A DNA stretch of 64,000 nt from a virus. Its lineage: Duplodnaviria > Caudoviricetes. The position numbers and the translations under genes were made by a program. The DNA lies in the IMG/VR virus record IMGVR_UViG_3300032303_000488, positions 18,994 through 82,993 of that record; one strand, 5' to 3'. The notes beneath the pieces are model-generated. The model saw only the letters and a program-made list of their open reading frames with translations. It was not told where the DNA came from and did no database searches. This document shows, one piece after another, positions 39,337 through 49,437 of this stretch (the first letter of the stretch is position 1; every line of letters starts with the position of its first letter).

Positions 39337-40497
39337 TTAGTCTGTTGTTGCGTCTGCGAATGCTACTGCATCTAGTTCTTCCCAGGCAAGCCCGAAACGA
39401 ACGAAGACAGTATATTCTACTGTATCCTTCTTAGGAACGTAGAAACGGTTCACAGTGATATCTCTCTGGAAGCCCCAAATACGGTTCTGTGGGAACGTTA
39501 AATCAACGAATCCTGCAGGGTAGTAAGGAACTTCAAGAACAGGTACACCTAGAACACGAGTCTGACGTGCTTCTCCAAAAGTCTGGTTTGCACCACCTAG
39601 GAACTCTCCACGAGAACCTTCGGTAGAACCGATGTTAGCAATAACTGTACCATTGTTCTTAACAATGTTGGCAAATGTATCTGTACCAGCATAGAACTTT
39701 AGTCCGTTAGTGATAGCACGGTATCTACGAGGCATAGCCAAGATAAGTGCTTGCATTCTTTCAGTTGTCCAATCAGTGAACGCTACGTTAGACCCAACTA
39801 GAGTTGAGTTGATAACTTCGTGTGCACTTCCAAGGTTGTTTCCAGTTGTGTTTGGACTAGTCTTTTCCAAGTTAATGAATCCATTCATAATGCTTAGGAA
39901 CGAACCTGTTGAACCGTCACCATTGATGGCTAGGTCTTCGATGTCGTTACCGAAAGCATTAGTCATTAGACGAACTAAGTGGTCTTCTAGAGCAGCACCC
40001 TCGATGTTATCTTCGAGTGACTCTGCGGAGACTTCCCAGTCTAGACGAATCTTCTTGGTAGTTAGTTCAACCTTAGAGAAGGTAGCACCAGTATTGGTAT
40101 AAGTTGAAACACCCTGGCTTGCAGCACGAATAACACGGTCTCCCACGTTAATCTTCTCCAATTCCATTGTGTTTGCTCTCATTGTAACTCTGCGACCGTC
40201 TTTTGCAAGTGTGGTTGCGTCCCAAACATAATCGATAAATCGTCTTGCCTGTTCAGGGCGTAGGATACCAGTACCTGGGTAAGTCGGACTTGCAGTGGCA
40301 GATGGATTGACTCCATTCTGACCTGTTGTTACACCAAAGTTAGCGGTTGGGCTGTTACCCATGTAAGTACCGTGCTCTGAGAAAGAGCCTGTACCTGACG
40401 AAACGCTTGCTGATGTACCGAAAGCACCTTCAGCATTTGGGTATCCAGAAACTGGAGACGCACCTGAAGGCATATTTTTGATAATTTCTTCTGACAT
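39337..40497 (-). CDS. Major capsid protein (HK97 fold)
   Basis: GILRPEQARRFIDY, LDWEVSAESLEDNIEG, AFGNDIEDLAINGD; follows the protease; AGGAGG SD before MSEEIIK. Confidence 0.9.
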   Translation of the reverse strand: MSEEIIKNMPSGASPVSGYPNAEGAFGTSASVSSGTGSFSEHGTYMGNSPTANFGVTTGQNGVNPSATASPTYPGTGILRPEQARRFIDYVWDATTLAKDGRRVTMRANTMELEKINVGDRVIRAASQGVSTYTNTGATFSKVELTTKKIRLDWEVSAESLEDNIEGAALEDHLVRLMTNAFGNDIEDLAINGDGSTGSFLSIMNGFINLEKTSPNTTGNNLGSAHEVINSTLVGSNVAFTDWTTERMQALILAMPRRYRAITNGLKFYAGTDTFANIVKNNGTVIANIGSTEGSRGEFLGGANQTFGEARQTRVLGVPVLEVPYYPAGFVDLTFPQNRIWGFQRDITVNRFYVPKKDTVEYTVFVRFGLAWEELDAVAFADATTD

Positions 40498-40522
40498 TTT
40501 ATTTTTCACCTCCTAAGTGAGT

Positions 40523-41773
40523 TTATTTTAGTAAATCGGATGTTGTGAGGAAACTTCCGCCCCATACTGATTTTTCCACCAGTACTGGTTCCTGAATGAC
40601 CTCACCGAGGTCACCAGACTTGCGGAAAGCGGTGTCTGCTTCAACAGCATCGATACGCTTTCCAAGATTGCCAAAGCCTGTTTCTGCATCTGCAACCTGT
40701 GCGGTTACAAATCCAACTGACTTCTTTAGTTCAGCAACTTCTGCTACTAGTGATGCATTTGCATCTGCTAGTGACTTTACGATTGCTGCAATGTCGCTAA
40801 AGGCTGTTGTAACTGTTGTGCCTAGTTCTGTAACTGCCTTAGCAATTACTTCCTCTGAACCTGGAACAACATCTTCTACAACTTCTTCTACATGTGCTGG
40901 CTCGGCTACTAGAGCCTCTTCAACAACTTCTTCTGTAGCAGGAGTGTCAACTACAACTTCTGCCTCTGGAACGACATCTACTGATTCAACGTTTACGTTT
41001 TCATCGGTCATGTTATCATTCTCCTTTTTAATAGTCTTAGAAGTATTAATGCCTTTAGCACTATCTACTAAGAACTTTATCATGTTAAGTTTGTCAGCAT
41101 CTGACTTCTCAACAAAACCTATATTCTGCATACTTGCACCAGTAACTGGGCTAGTTGCAGATTCTTCTTCTGTGATTGTTACCAATCCTGATTCTTTGTC
41201 CCAGAATACATTTTCTAGAACTGCATCGGTACCCTCGCCTGTAATAGTATTAACACCGTTTACTTTTTCAACAGATAGGATGTTTGCAAACTGATTTGCT
41301 GGACTATCAACAAGGGATAACTCAACCAAGTCATAGTCTTTAATAATTCTAATAGCGGAATCGCTTTTTTCGTCATAGCCATCATCCCACTTGTTCATCT
41401 TGCCACCAATAGAGAATCCAGTAAGTGTGCCATCTAAAACCTTTTCCCAAGTGTCTTGTGCACCTTTTGAAACATAAGCAGATACATATACACCCTGATA
41501 AAACTTCTTTGTTTCTGGGTCAAAATATTTATCTTCCTTAAATGCTACCATCTTGCCTACTGCTTTTGGCTGGTGCATTTCACGGATGTTACCACGGAAC
41601 TTAGAGAAGGCTGATACGGATGCTTCTGGGGTAACGATATCGTTTTGCTTGTCAATATTATCAAGCGTGGCAAATCCAGATACAATTCTACGTTCTGCAT
41701 CTATCTTTGTGAGAGGCATAGAAATACGAACATTATTTCCGTCAATGTCAAAATGTGCTTTCTGAATACTCAT
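40523..41773 (-). CDS. Prohead protease with C-terminal scaffold
   Basis: VSGFATLDNIDKQND, REMH, GFSIGG, ELSLVDSPAN; acidic coiled-coil tail. Confidence 0.9.
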   Translation of the reverse strand: MSIQKAHFDIDGNNVRISMPLTKIDAERRIVSGFATLDNIDKQNDIVTPEASVSAFSKFRGNIREMHQPKAVGKMVAFKEDKYFDPETKKFYQGVYVSAYVSKGAQDTWEKVLDGTLTGFSIGGKMNKWDDGYDEKSDSAIRIIKDYDLVELSLVDSPANQFANILSVEKVNGVNTITGEGTDAVLENVFWDKESGLVTITEEESATSPVTGASMQNIGFVEKSDADKLNMIKFLVDSAKGINTSKTIKKENDNMTDENVNVESVDVVPEAEVVVDTPATEEVVEEALVAEPAHVEEVVEDVVPGSEEVIAKAVTELGTTVTTAFSDIAAIVKSLADANASLVAEVAELKKSVGFVTAQVADAETGFGNLGKRIDAVEADTAFRKSGDLGEVIQEPVLVEKSVWGGSFLTTSDLLK

Positions 41774-41831
41774 AGTATTAATTATAGCCCCTTTTTATAA
41801 AAGTGTTATGGAATTGTTATTATACCACTTT

Positions 41832-43430
41832 TTAAGAGGAGCGTCTCCCCTCGCCTTGAGCATTCCTACCTGCAGTTGTTGCTGTGTTGTCAGCCTGTGC
41901 TTGTTGGCGTTGGGCATCACGCTCTCTGTTCCCTGCATTGTTAGCGTTTGAGTCTGCTGCTTGGCGAGCAGTAGGCTGAATCATTGAGTCACTTTCTTCA
42001 CGCTCTGGAAGATTAAGAAGTTCACGAGCCTCATTAGGAACCATAATCTGGTTCTTAACATAGTTAGTAAGAATCTGTGACTGAGCCAATTCGTCAGTAA
42101 GTGTAAGTTCGTTAAACTTGAATTCTAAAACATCTGTCTTTTCACGAATAATTTTATTAAGAATCTTTTCAAGATTGCGTTGTGCTGGTCTTGCTACCTG
42201 CTCTTTGAATGTTCTGTCTTGTGCTAGTGAGTCAGCAATTGATGATGAACTGCTACCACCAAGTTTTGAAAGTGGTACTTGGTGAGCAACAAGAATATCG
42301 TCACGGTTCTGGTCACGGTATTTTGAAAATGAGCCTTCCTGAACACCATTTTCAATTGGTTCCATCTTGAACTCAACCTTATTGCTATCTGAATCTCCTG
42401 GCAATGGGATGTAAAGAGTTCTGTGTGACTGACCCTTTAGACCAGTCTGTAAGAAACGGAACAACTTGTCCTCTGCCTCTTGGGTAAGTTGTGCACCCTT
42501 AAGAGTTACGATATAGCGAGGAACAGCCTTATTGTTGAAGTAGTCAATGTTGTATTGTGATGCAAGCATGTCTCCTAGCAGAGATGGCATAGCAGCCATA
42601 ATGTCTGGCACACCATAGAAAGTGTTTAATGGAGAGTATTCTTTAATGTGAATAATCTCGTTTGGTCGTGGGTCTTCAGTAATGTAGTTTACGTTCTTTG
42701 CTCCAAAATTACGGAAGTAAACAACTTTTTGAGCAATAATTTGAACATATCCATCACGAAGTCTGCGTACACGCATTGTGGATGCTGGAATGTGACCAAT
42801 GTAGCCAATCTCTCCAGTAGTTGTTCTTCCAACTTCAATGTATCCGTTCCCCATTGCGTGTACATCAGTAAATACTTTTTCGAGAACAGAAGAGAATGAT
42901 TCGTCTTGGTTTAGCCCTTCTATCCAATCTCTAAGTTGGACCTTAAGCCTTTCAATTCTGTTTCTGGCACGAGCCATCTGGTCTGCTGATGCAGCCTCTA
43001 GTTTAAGATTTGTTCTATCGGATACAATAAAATCATAGCCAAGACCAACTGTGTTTTCAACTTTTGCATCAATAGCAGCGTGATTAGCAAATGATGTGTC
43101 ATAATAATTTGCAAGTTCGTAAAGATTGTATGGTGGGGTAATTACGTCAAACAATGCGTATGCATTACGAAATACAATACCTGGATTAATTGCATTTGAC
43201 CTTGCCCCATTTGTGCCCATTTGGATTGCTCCAGCAGACTCAAGGTAGGCATCGTCACCCAAAGATTTAGATAGTCTAGAACTCCTACGCTTAAAATTGG
43301 TTTGCATACCAGCAAGTCCCTTTAGTTCATCCCAAGACTTTACAAATGGGTCCATAGAAGCAAACTCATTTACAATTTCTTGAGCCTCGTCTAAACGAGC
43401 AGGTGTATTTGCATATTCATAGTAACTCAC
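41832..43430 (-). CDS. Portal protein
   Basis: GNGYIEV, HIPASTMR, EIIHIK..YGVPD, YFNNKAVP, ILVAHQVP, MVPNEARELLNL. Confidence 0.92.
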   Translation of the reverse strand: MSYYEYANTPARLDEAQEIVNEFASMDPFVKSWDELKGLAGMQTNFKRRSSRLSKSLGDDAYLESAGAIQMGTNGARSNAINPGIVFRNAYALFDVITPPYNLYELANYYDTSFANHAAIDAKVENTVGLGYDFIVSDRTNLKLEAASADQMARARNRIERLKVQLRDWIEGLNQDESFSSVLEKVFTDVHAMGNGYIEVGRTTTGEIGYIGHIPASTMRVRRLRDGYVQIIAQKVVYFRNFGAKNVNYITEDPRPNEIIHIKEYSPLNTFYGVPDIMAAMPSLLGDMLASQYNIDYFNNKAVPRYIVTLKGAQLTQEAEDKLFRFLQTGLKGQSHRTLYIPLPGDSDSNKVEFKMEPIENGVQEGSFSKYRDQNRDDILVAHQVPLSKLGGSSSSSIADSLAQDRTFKEQVARPAQRNLEKILNKIIREKTDVLEFKFNELTLTDELAQSQILTNYVKNQIMVPNEARELLNLPEREESDSMIQPTARQAADSNANNAGNRERDAQRQQAQADNTATTAGRNAQGEGRRSS

Positions 43431-43831
43431 TAGTCTTCACTTCCAAATTCTAGTTGTGTCTTTTTTGCTGCAATTAAAGCCCCAAGGTCTGTTTCTGACG
43501 GAATGTATCCTTGAGCCATACGGTCAATTTGTTCGCTATACTCTTCGTCAGATACCTTGCGAACATTTGCATAAAATAAAGGCTGACCATCAGGGAATCC
43601 TAGCCATCTTGCTTCATTGCGAAGAAGAGTAACTCTGGATTCATCGCCACGCATTGAGTCAATGCTTAGGGCATTTCCGCTGTCATCTGTTAAAACCTTG
43701 CCAGAGCGTAATTGCCAAACGTAAATTCCATAGTCTGAAAAAGGTTCTTCTATGAGAGAAACCTTTGTTTTTCCAATTTGGTTGGGCATGACTTGACCAA
43801 TATCTTTTGTAGTATCTATATTCATAACCAC
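43430..43831 (-). CDS. Hypothetical protein coupled to the portal gene
   Basis: 133-aa ORF. Confidence 0.7.
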   Translation of the reverse strand: MVMNIDTTKDIGQVMPNQIGKTKVSLIEEPFSDYGIYVWQLRSGKVLTDDSGNALSIDSMRGDESRVTLLRNEARWLGFPDGQPLFYANVRKVSDEEYSEQIDRMAQGYIPSETDLGALIAAKKTQLEFGSED

Positions 43832-43843
43832 TAGTATACCACA

Positions 43844-46800
43844 TTATGCAATGTCAAGTGTAATTGTGTTCTTTTGTATGTCCATATAGCCAATATATTT
43901 ATATCCATTAAATTCTATGTTTTTGATATTTGAAGAAGTGTCTACTAATATCTTGTTTGTGCCAGTGTATGTTTTAAAAATTTCTTTCATTCCATTATCG
44001 TAAACCTTATAATACTCCGAAAGGCTGCTAGATTTCCAAGTTGTTAATGCATTCCAAAGACCATTATCTACATCGTTCCAGTTAACAATTGTGATTTTTT
44101 GAGAACTATTTTCAGAGTCAAGTCCATAAAATGAAATATTGTCTAACAAAATATTTGATGTTATTTTAATTTTGCTAAGTGACTCTGAAACATCTATTGG
44201 ATTTAAGAAAGATAGACCTAAAAAGTTCCATTCATCTAACTCTATAACTGGGCTTGCAACAATTTTACCGTTTAAGTAATATATTGGAATATTTGTAGTA
44301 GAATTCGTGTATATGTAGCCTTTAGTGTTTGAGGCATTTATTGACTTTAAATAAAATGAGATTGTTTCATTTTTAGAAGTTATTTCAAATACTTTGACGG
44401 CTGTTGTTGGAAATTCTTTAATGTCTGCTAATAAAGACATCTGTATAGAATTAATTTTGATGTTTAAGGATGGGTTTCCTATTTCAAAAAATATACCCCT
44501 GTCTTGTGCCGAATCGTAATTTCCACAAAATCTTATTCCAGAATGCCTTGTTAGGTATAAATAGGGTGTGCTTTGCTTATAAACTAAATATGGGTTTTTA
44601 CTTTTATAGTTGTATTTTCCACCAGAATAAATGTATGGATATAAGTCTACAGAATACTTTGTTCCAATTGGATTATATTTTGTTCCTTCTGGATTTTGTT
44701 CTGTTGCAACAGTTGGAGCATAATCTAAAGTTTTTGCAGCAATCTGAAAATGCCTAATCTCGTATGGTTTTAGGTTAACTGCTTTATCGTTTAATTCTAT
44801 GTGGAATACAATTGCCCACTTGTCCCAATCTAGCCCTGTATTTGCTAGTGTTGGTGGGTAAACAATCATACCATTTACAAATTCATATTTAGATGCCTCA
44901 TCTGGCGTATTGGCATCAATTAATCTATTTTCATTTGCTAGAATTGTTGATGCAAATTCTGAAATATTTTTTATTGCACCATTAGACAATCTTTGAAATG
45001 TAAGATATGTTTTTAATTCTGAATTTGATGTGTCAAAATTACCAGAACTATAGGTTCTTGTTTCTGGATAGTCTACGTTTATTTGAATAAAATCTAATTC
45101 TTCAATTGGTACATCGCTGGCATTATTGATAGTTCTTGTTAATTTATTTAATGGAATATAGTCTTGCCAGTATGAGTTTGTTGCAATATCAAGAATAGTT
45201 TTTTCATATTCTTTTATTGCAACTATTGTGTAGGTTGCTGTTCTTGGTAATAATGTAGAATATGAAGAACCAAGAGTCAGAATTCCAGAGGTAAATAGGC
45301 TTGAGATATCTGCAAAATTTCTAGATGAACATAGCCCAACCTTATAGATATTTCCAGTAAAAGTATTTGATGTTAAGTTATCTCCACCAACATAAACATT
45401 AAGACTATTTACATCACTCAGGAATGAGGCAACATCAGTGTTTGCTGTCACTAATGACTTTATATCTATACCTACAGCAAACTTTACATTGTGAGTAATT
45501 GACTTTGTTGTTATGGTTGATTCGGTTCCATTGTATTTTATTTTGTATGAAACAGTTGTGTTTACTAGAGATACCCTAAGATAATCGCTTGTAGATTCAT
45601 TTAGTATTTCAAAAAGAATTTGTTCAGTACCGCTGCCTGTCAAAGACTTGAATACTCCGTATATGCCACTTGCCAAATGCTCATTTTTATTAAAAGAAGA
45701 TGAGTAAAGATATCCTTGATTTGTTGACCAATTCCTGGATGAGCCAGTAACAGTTGGTCTTAGATTTATAAAAACATCTGAATCTCCAGAAGCAACATTT
45801 GTTAGGTATAGGTCTTTAAGCCATAGCGATGATGTATACAGGGATGTTGTTACTTCTGGAACAGCGTAAGACCTTGTAGAAAGAGTTTGAGTAGGACTTA
45901 CGTCAAAGTTATCAATTATTGAAGCCTGTTCCCACTTTGCTTGAAAACTTGGGTAGTTGTAGTTGTTTATATAATTTGCAAAACCAAAATCAGCAAGAAT
46001 TGCATTTCCACCATATTTAATATTTATATCGAGTGGAACATCTACCGCTTGGGCGTAAGCCAATCTCATTTTAGATAATACGCTCGAACATTTGTATGGA
46101 TAGATTGCAATTGAATCTACTTCTACAAACTTAACATCAGAGTATGCAAAAATACCAATCCAGTCCTGACTTTTTGAAGAACCATCTAATTTTGCTGGAA
46201 GTGTTAGTGTTGATGTTTGTATTGGTAAAGAAATTACATCATCGCCATCTACCGCTAATACCGCATAATTTTCTGCAATTTTAAATTGTAAAAGCATTGG
46301 TCTATACAGTTCTGACAAATAAAATGATTGTATATCTTCACCAATTTTTAAACTTATAAATTCTTTAGTTACATAGACCCCATCTGTTGATGCTAATGGT
46401 CCAATAATTCTTTTAGGAGTTGAGTTATTGGCATTTATCCGTATCATCATTTCAAGAGTTAGTTCTTTATACCGTCCGTTTTCATTTAATAATCCAAACC
46501 CAGGGAATATAAAAGATGGTTGATTTTCGGTTGCGTTTGCATAAAATATTGCAGAGTTTCCAGAACCATATGATAGAGACATACCAGCATTTTTACCATA
46601 AAGATTACTTCCAGTGCCAATATAGTAAGCACTATACTCTTGAGTTCCATAAGATTTTGACTCTATTCCAAATGTTTGTGTAGTAGCAATTGTGGCTGGT
46701 ATTGAAATGAGTGTTTGTCCAAAAGATTCTCCATTAAATGGTTCTGAATTTTTTCCAATAGTTAATCCATTTATATAATATTTTGGGGATACAGATGAAT

Positions 46801-47269
46801 ATACAAATTCAATTTTTAAATTTTTGCTTGTTGCTTGATTTGAAAATGTAAAAGAAACTGGAATCCAAGTTAGTGTTGGATATTTAGTTCCATATATAAT
46901 TTTTTCTTGAGAAGTTATTCCAGTATGTCCAACTTTAACTGTAACGTCAGTTATTGTTTGAATATAAAAACTTACAGTAAATCCACCAGCATCCGAAGTA
47001 AAAGTTGTACCTGAAACTAAGGTGGTTGTTCCAGCACTTCCTCCACCAGTAATTTCCGTAACATAACTTGAAGGAAATGGTGATGTCTCTGGCTTATGTA
47101 TTCCACTTGTAATAGTTTGTGTTGTTCCATTTGTTTTTGTCCAAGTATCTAAGGTTCTAAATGGTTCTGAAATTAAAGAAACATAGTCAGACGTGTCATC
47201 CAATGACCATACCGCTAAAGGATGTTCGCTTAGGATTTTATCTGCATACAGATTCGTTGTGATAGGCAT
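43844..47269 (-). CDS. Large virion protein with LamG/concanavalin-like and carbohydrate-binding-like domains
   Basis: LSEHPLAVWSLDD N-terminus; beta-rich; probable leaderless start. Confidence 0.55.
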   Translation of the reverse strand: MPITTNLYADKILSEHPLAVWSLDDTSDYVSLISEPFRTLDTWTKTNGTTQTITSGIHKPETSPFPSSYVTEITGGGSAGTTTLVSGTTFTSDAGGFTVSFYIQTITDVTVKVGHTGITSQEKIIYGTKYPTLTWIPVSFTFSNQATSKNLKIEFVYSSVSPKYYINGLTIGKNSEPFNGESFGQTLISIPATIATTQTFGIESKSYGTQEYSAYYIGTGSNLYGKNAGMSLSYGSGNSAIFYANATENQPSFIFPGFGLLNENGRYKELTLEMMIRINANNSTPKRIIGPLASTDGVYVTKEFISLKIGEDIQSFYLSELYRPMLLQFKIAENYAVLAVDGDDVISLPIQTSTLTLPAKLDGSSKSQDWIGIFAYSDVKFVEVDSIAIYPYKCSSVLSKMRLAYAQAVDVPLDINIKYGGNAILADFGFANYINNYNYPSFQAKWEQASIIDNFDVSPTQTLSTRSYAVPEVTTSLYTSSLWLKDLYLTNVASGDSDVFINLRPTVTGSSRNWSTNQGYLYSSSFNKNEHLASGIYGVFKSLTGSGTEQILFEILNESTSDYLRVSLVNTTVSYKIKYNGTESTITTKSITHNVKFAVGIDIKSLVTANTDVASFLSDVNSLNVYVGGDNLTSNTFTGNIYKVGLCSSRNFADISSLFTSGILTLGSSYSTLLPRTATYTIVAIKEYEKTILDIATNSYWQDYIPLNKLTRTINNASDVPIEELDFIQINVDYPETRTYSSGNFDTSNSELKTYLTFQRLSNGAIKNISEFASTILANENRLIDANTPDEASKYEFVNGMIVYPPTLANTGLDWDKWAIVFHIELNDKAVNLKPYEIRHFQIAAKTLDYAPTVATEQNPEGTKYNPIGTKYSVDLYPYIYSGGKYNYKSKNPYLVYKQSTPYLYLTRHSGIRFCGNYDSAQDRGIFFEIGNPSLNIKINSIQMSLLADIKEFPTTAVKVFEITSKNETISFYLKSINASNTKGYIYTNSTTNIPIYYLNGKIVASPVIELDEWNFLGLSFLNPIDVSESLSKIKITSNILLDNISFYGLDSENSSQKITIVNWNDVDNGLWNALTTWKSSSLSEYYKVYDNGMKEIFKTYTGTNKILVDTSSNIKNIEFNGYKYIGYMDIQKNTITLDIA

Positions 47270-47294
47270 ATCTACTATTCTATCACATAAGAAA

Positions 47295-47322
47295 ATACCC
47301 TGCCAAGTTAATGACAGGGTAT
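47295..47322 (-). terminator. Intrinsic terminator after nrdJ
   Basis: ataccctg / cagggtat inverted repeat with T runs on both sides. Confidence 0.7.
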
Positions 47323-47336
47323 CTTTTTAGTGATAA

Positions 47337-49367
47337 TTATTTAATTTTAATCTCACAATAGTCTGTAGTACAGTAACTTTCTCCAAGAGCCTCTAAGTTC
47401 TCTACTCCATCATAGATAGCAGAGAAATCAATCTTTGCTAGTCTACCAATGTAGTAGTCGTATTCTTCTTCTGTAATTTCAGAGTATGGCTGTTGTGGAT
47501 AAACTGTGTTTCCCATTGGCAAGAATGAGACTGCCTTTAGTTGTCCCTCATACATGTTTAAAACAGATGAGATGTGCTGTTTTTCAGTTGCTGTATCAAA
47601 TGATAGTGTTACTGAAACACCGTTATCTGACCAATACTTTTGAGCGGTAGCAGCAAGTGCTGTCTTCTCGAATAGAGTTACATCTTTTTCTGCTCGTTTC
47701 TGTCCTGAAGCAATTGGGAAGTATACTACTGAAGTATTTGCTGATACTAGGTCTGCCTCAATCTTATACCCTGCCGCTTTAAACAAGTGAAGCATTGGGT
47801 CTGTATTTCCAAAACGAATTGCTCTTAGATAGAACTTTCCGCCTGGACCCCAGTGAACACCAGGAGTTGCACCCGAAAGAATTGATACAGAACCAGATGG
47901 CTTGACTGTGGTTACACGAATTGATTCACGAACACACATCCACTCCGAATACTTATTATCATAATAGCGAATCTTCTTGTATCCTTCATCCATCCATTCA
48001 CGAGTAGTAGGCAAACCATGCTCGTCAGCAAATGATGCAATGCCTGTTAGAGATGTTCCAATTCTACGGTTTCTTTGCATGATACCGTTAGTCTGTTGCC
48101 AGTGAGTAGGAAGAAGTGTAACAGTCTTTCCATACAAATAAGCAAACTTAAGAGTACGCAGGAAGTCTTCTTTTGATTCGTGGCGGTTTAGGTGTACTTC
48201 CACAAGTGTGCATAGTTCATATGACTCTAGTGGCTGTTCTGCACACGGATTGAACCCCATTACACGATAGTCCTTGCCATCTGCTGGGTCTGCTAAACGA
48301 CCAAAGTTACGAGCAACATCAAGCCAAATAAATCCTGGTTCACCATTGTCAACGATGCGGTCTACATACTTTTCGTAATCCATACCAACTTTTGCTTCGA
48401 TAGAGTTATTTGACATCCAAGCCCATCCTGGATTGTTTGGGTCATATGAGTTGCGTTCTGGGAATACATCTGCATTTTTCAAATTTAGGAAGTCTTCATC
48501 TCCGTCTACCCCAAGTGCAAGGGTAGCAGAACGTCTAACATTCCCTGAAACAACGCAGGTACCAATAAGGTTAATTAAATCAACAATGGCACGAGCATCT
48601 AGGTTATCTCCAACACGCTGAGTAAGGACATGAGCGATGCGTTCATGTAATTTAATTAATGGTGCAGGACCAGAGGCTACGCCACCGAATCCTTTGATTG
48701 GAGCACCTTCTGGACGAACCTCAGAATAGTCAAACTTCTGAATGCTCTGACCTGTACGAAGATATGAGTTGATTAGCAAACGAGTTGCTTCTACCCAGCC
48801 TTCACGAGTATCAGGAACTATATAAGTGACTTCTGGTTCTGATGGTGCATAAATAGCAAAGTTCTTATCTTTACCAAGGGTATCAAAGCCAACACCAATA
48901 CCAAGCATAAGAGCATCCATAACCCAAGCAAACAACTGACCTGGGTCATTCTTGTCTAAGTCTTTAGTTGATACCATAGCACAATTCTGCAATGCCGCTG
49001 AATTACGCTTCTCCATTGTAAGTGGTGTACCAAAAGTCCACATACCACGACCTGGAGGTGTCCACTTTAGTGTAAACATACGGTCAAATGCTTCTTGTGC
49101 TGACTTCTGTGCTTTATAGTCATTCCATGGGAGACGATTCTCCTTTGCATGGTTTTTCTGGACAGAATACATACCTTCAATAACTCTGCGTACAACTTCG
49201 TACCAGCGTTCTTTGGTTCCGTCTTCTTTAACTCGTGAGTAGGTACGAACAAAAGTAATTTCACCTAATGCGTTGCCACCTGCATCCACGAATCCAAAGG
49301 GTGATTCCAATGTTTTGTACTTTTCGACAAAATCTGTTGGTAGGGTAAAAGAAAAAATTTCTGACAT
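47337..49367 (-). CDS. nrdJ: Class II (adenosylcobalamin-dependent) ribonucleotide reductase
   Basis: TPPGRG, LQNC, NPCAEQ..ELCTLVE, TTVKPSG, C-terminal YCTTDYC. Confidence 0.92.
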   Translation of the reverse strand: MSEIFSFTLPTDFVEKYKTLESPFGFVDAGGNALGEITFVRTYSRVKEDGTKERWYEVVRRVIEGMYSVQKNHAKENRLPWNDYKAQKSAQEAFDRMFTLKWTPPGRGMWTFGTPLTMEKRNSAALQNCAMVSTKDLDKNDPGQLFAWVMDALMLGIGVGFDTLGKDKNFAIYAPSEPEVTYIVPDTREGWVEATRLLINSYLRTGQSIQKFDYSEVRPEGAPIKGFGGVASGPAPLIKLHERIAHVLTQRVGDNLDARAIVDLINLIGTCVVSGNVRRSATLALGVDGDEDFLNLKNADVFPERNSYDPNNPGWAWMSNNSIEAKVGMDYEKYVDRIVDNGEPGFIWLDVARNFGRLADPADGKDYRVMGFNPCAEQPLESYELCTLVEVHLNRHESKEDFLRTLKFAYLYGKTVTLLPTHWQQTNGIMQRNRRIGTSLTGIASFADEHGLPTTREWMDEGYKKIRYYDNKYSEWMCVRESIRVTTVKPSGSVSILSGATPGVHWGPGGKFYLRAIRFGNTDPMLHLFKAAGYKIEADLVSANTSVVYFPIASGQKRAEKDVTLFEKTALAATAQKYWSDNGVSVTLSFDTATEKQHISSVLNMYEGQLKAVSFLPMGNTVYPQQPYSEITEEEYDYYIGRLAKIDFSAIYDGVENLEALGESYCTTDYCEIKIK

Positions 49368-49437
49368 AGCGTTTCCGCCTTTCCATAACTGTAATAGATA
49401 AATTATACCATAGTTTTATGAAAAGTCAAACACTGTA

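Noticed and set aside
40596-41294. Long plus-strand ORFs opposite real genes (e.g. 40596..41294, 24656..25408, 647..1051, 57951..58331)
   Set aside because: Antisense shadows of biased minus-strand coding sequence, with no SD, promoter or recognisable motifs.
2598-43430. Terminase about 37 kb away from the portal gene as a novelty
   Set aside because: This separation is known in large actinobacteriophage siphoviruses, so it is treated as lineage-typical.
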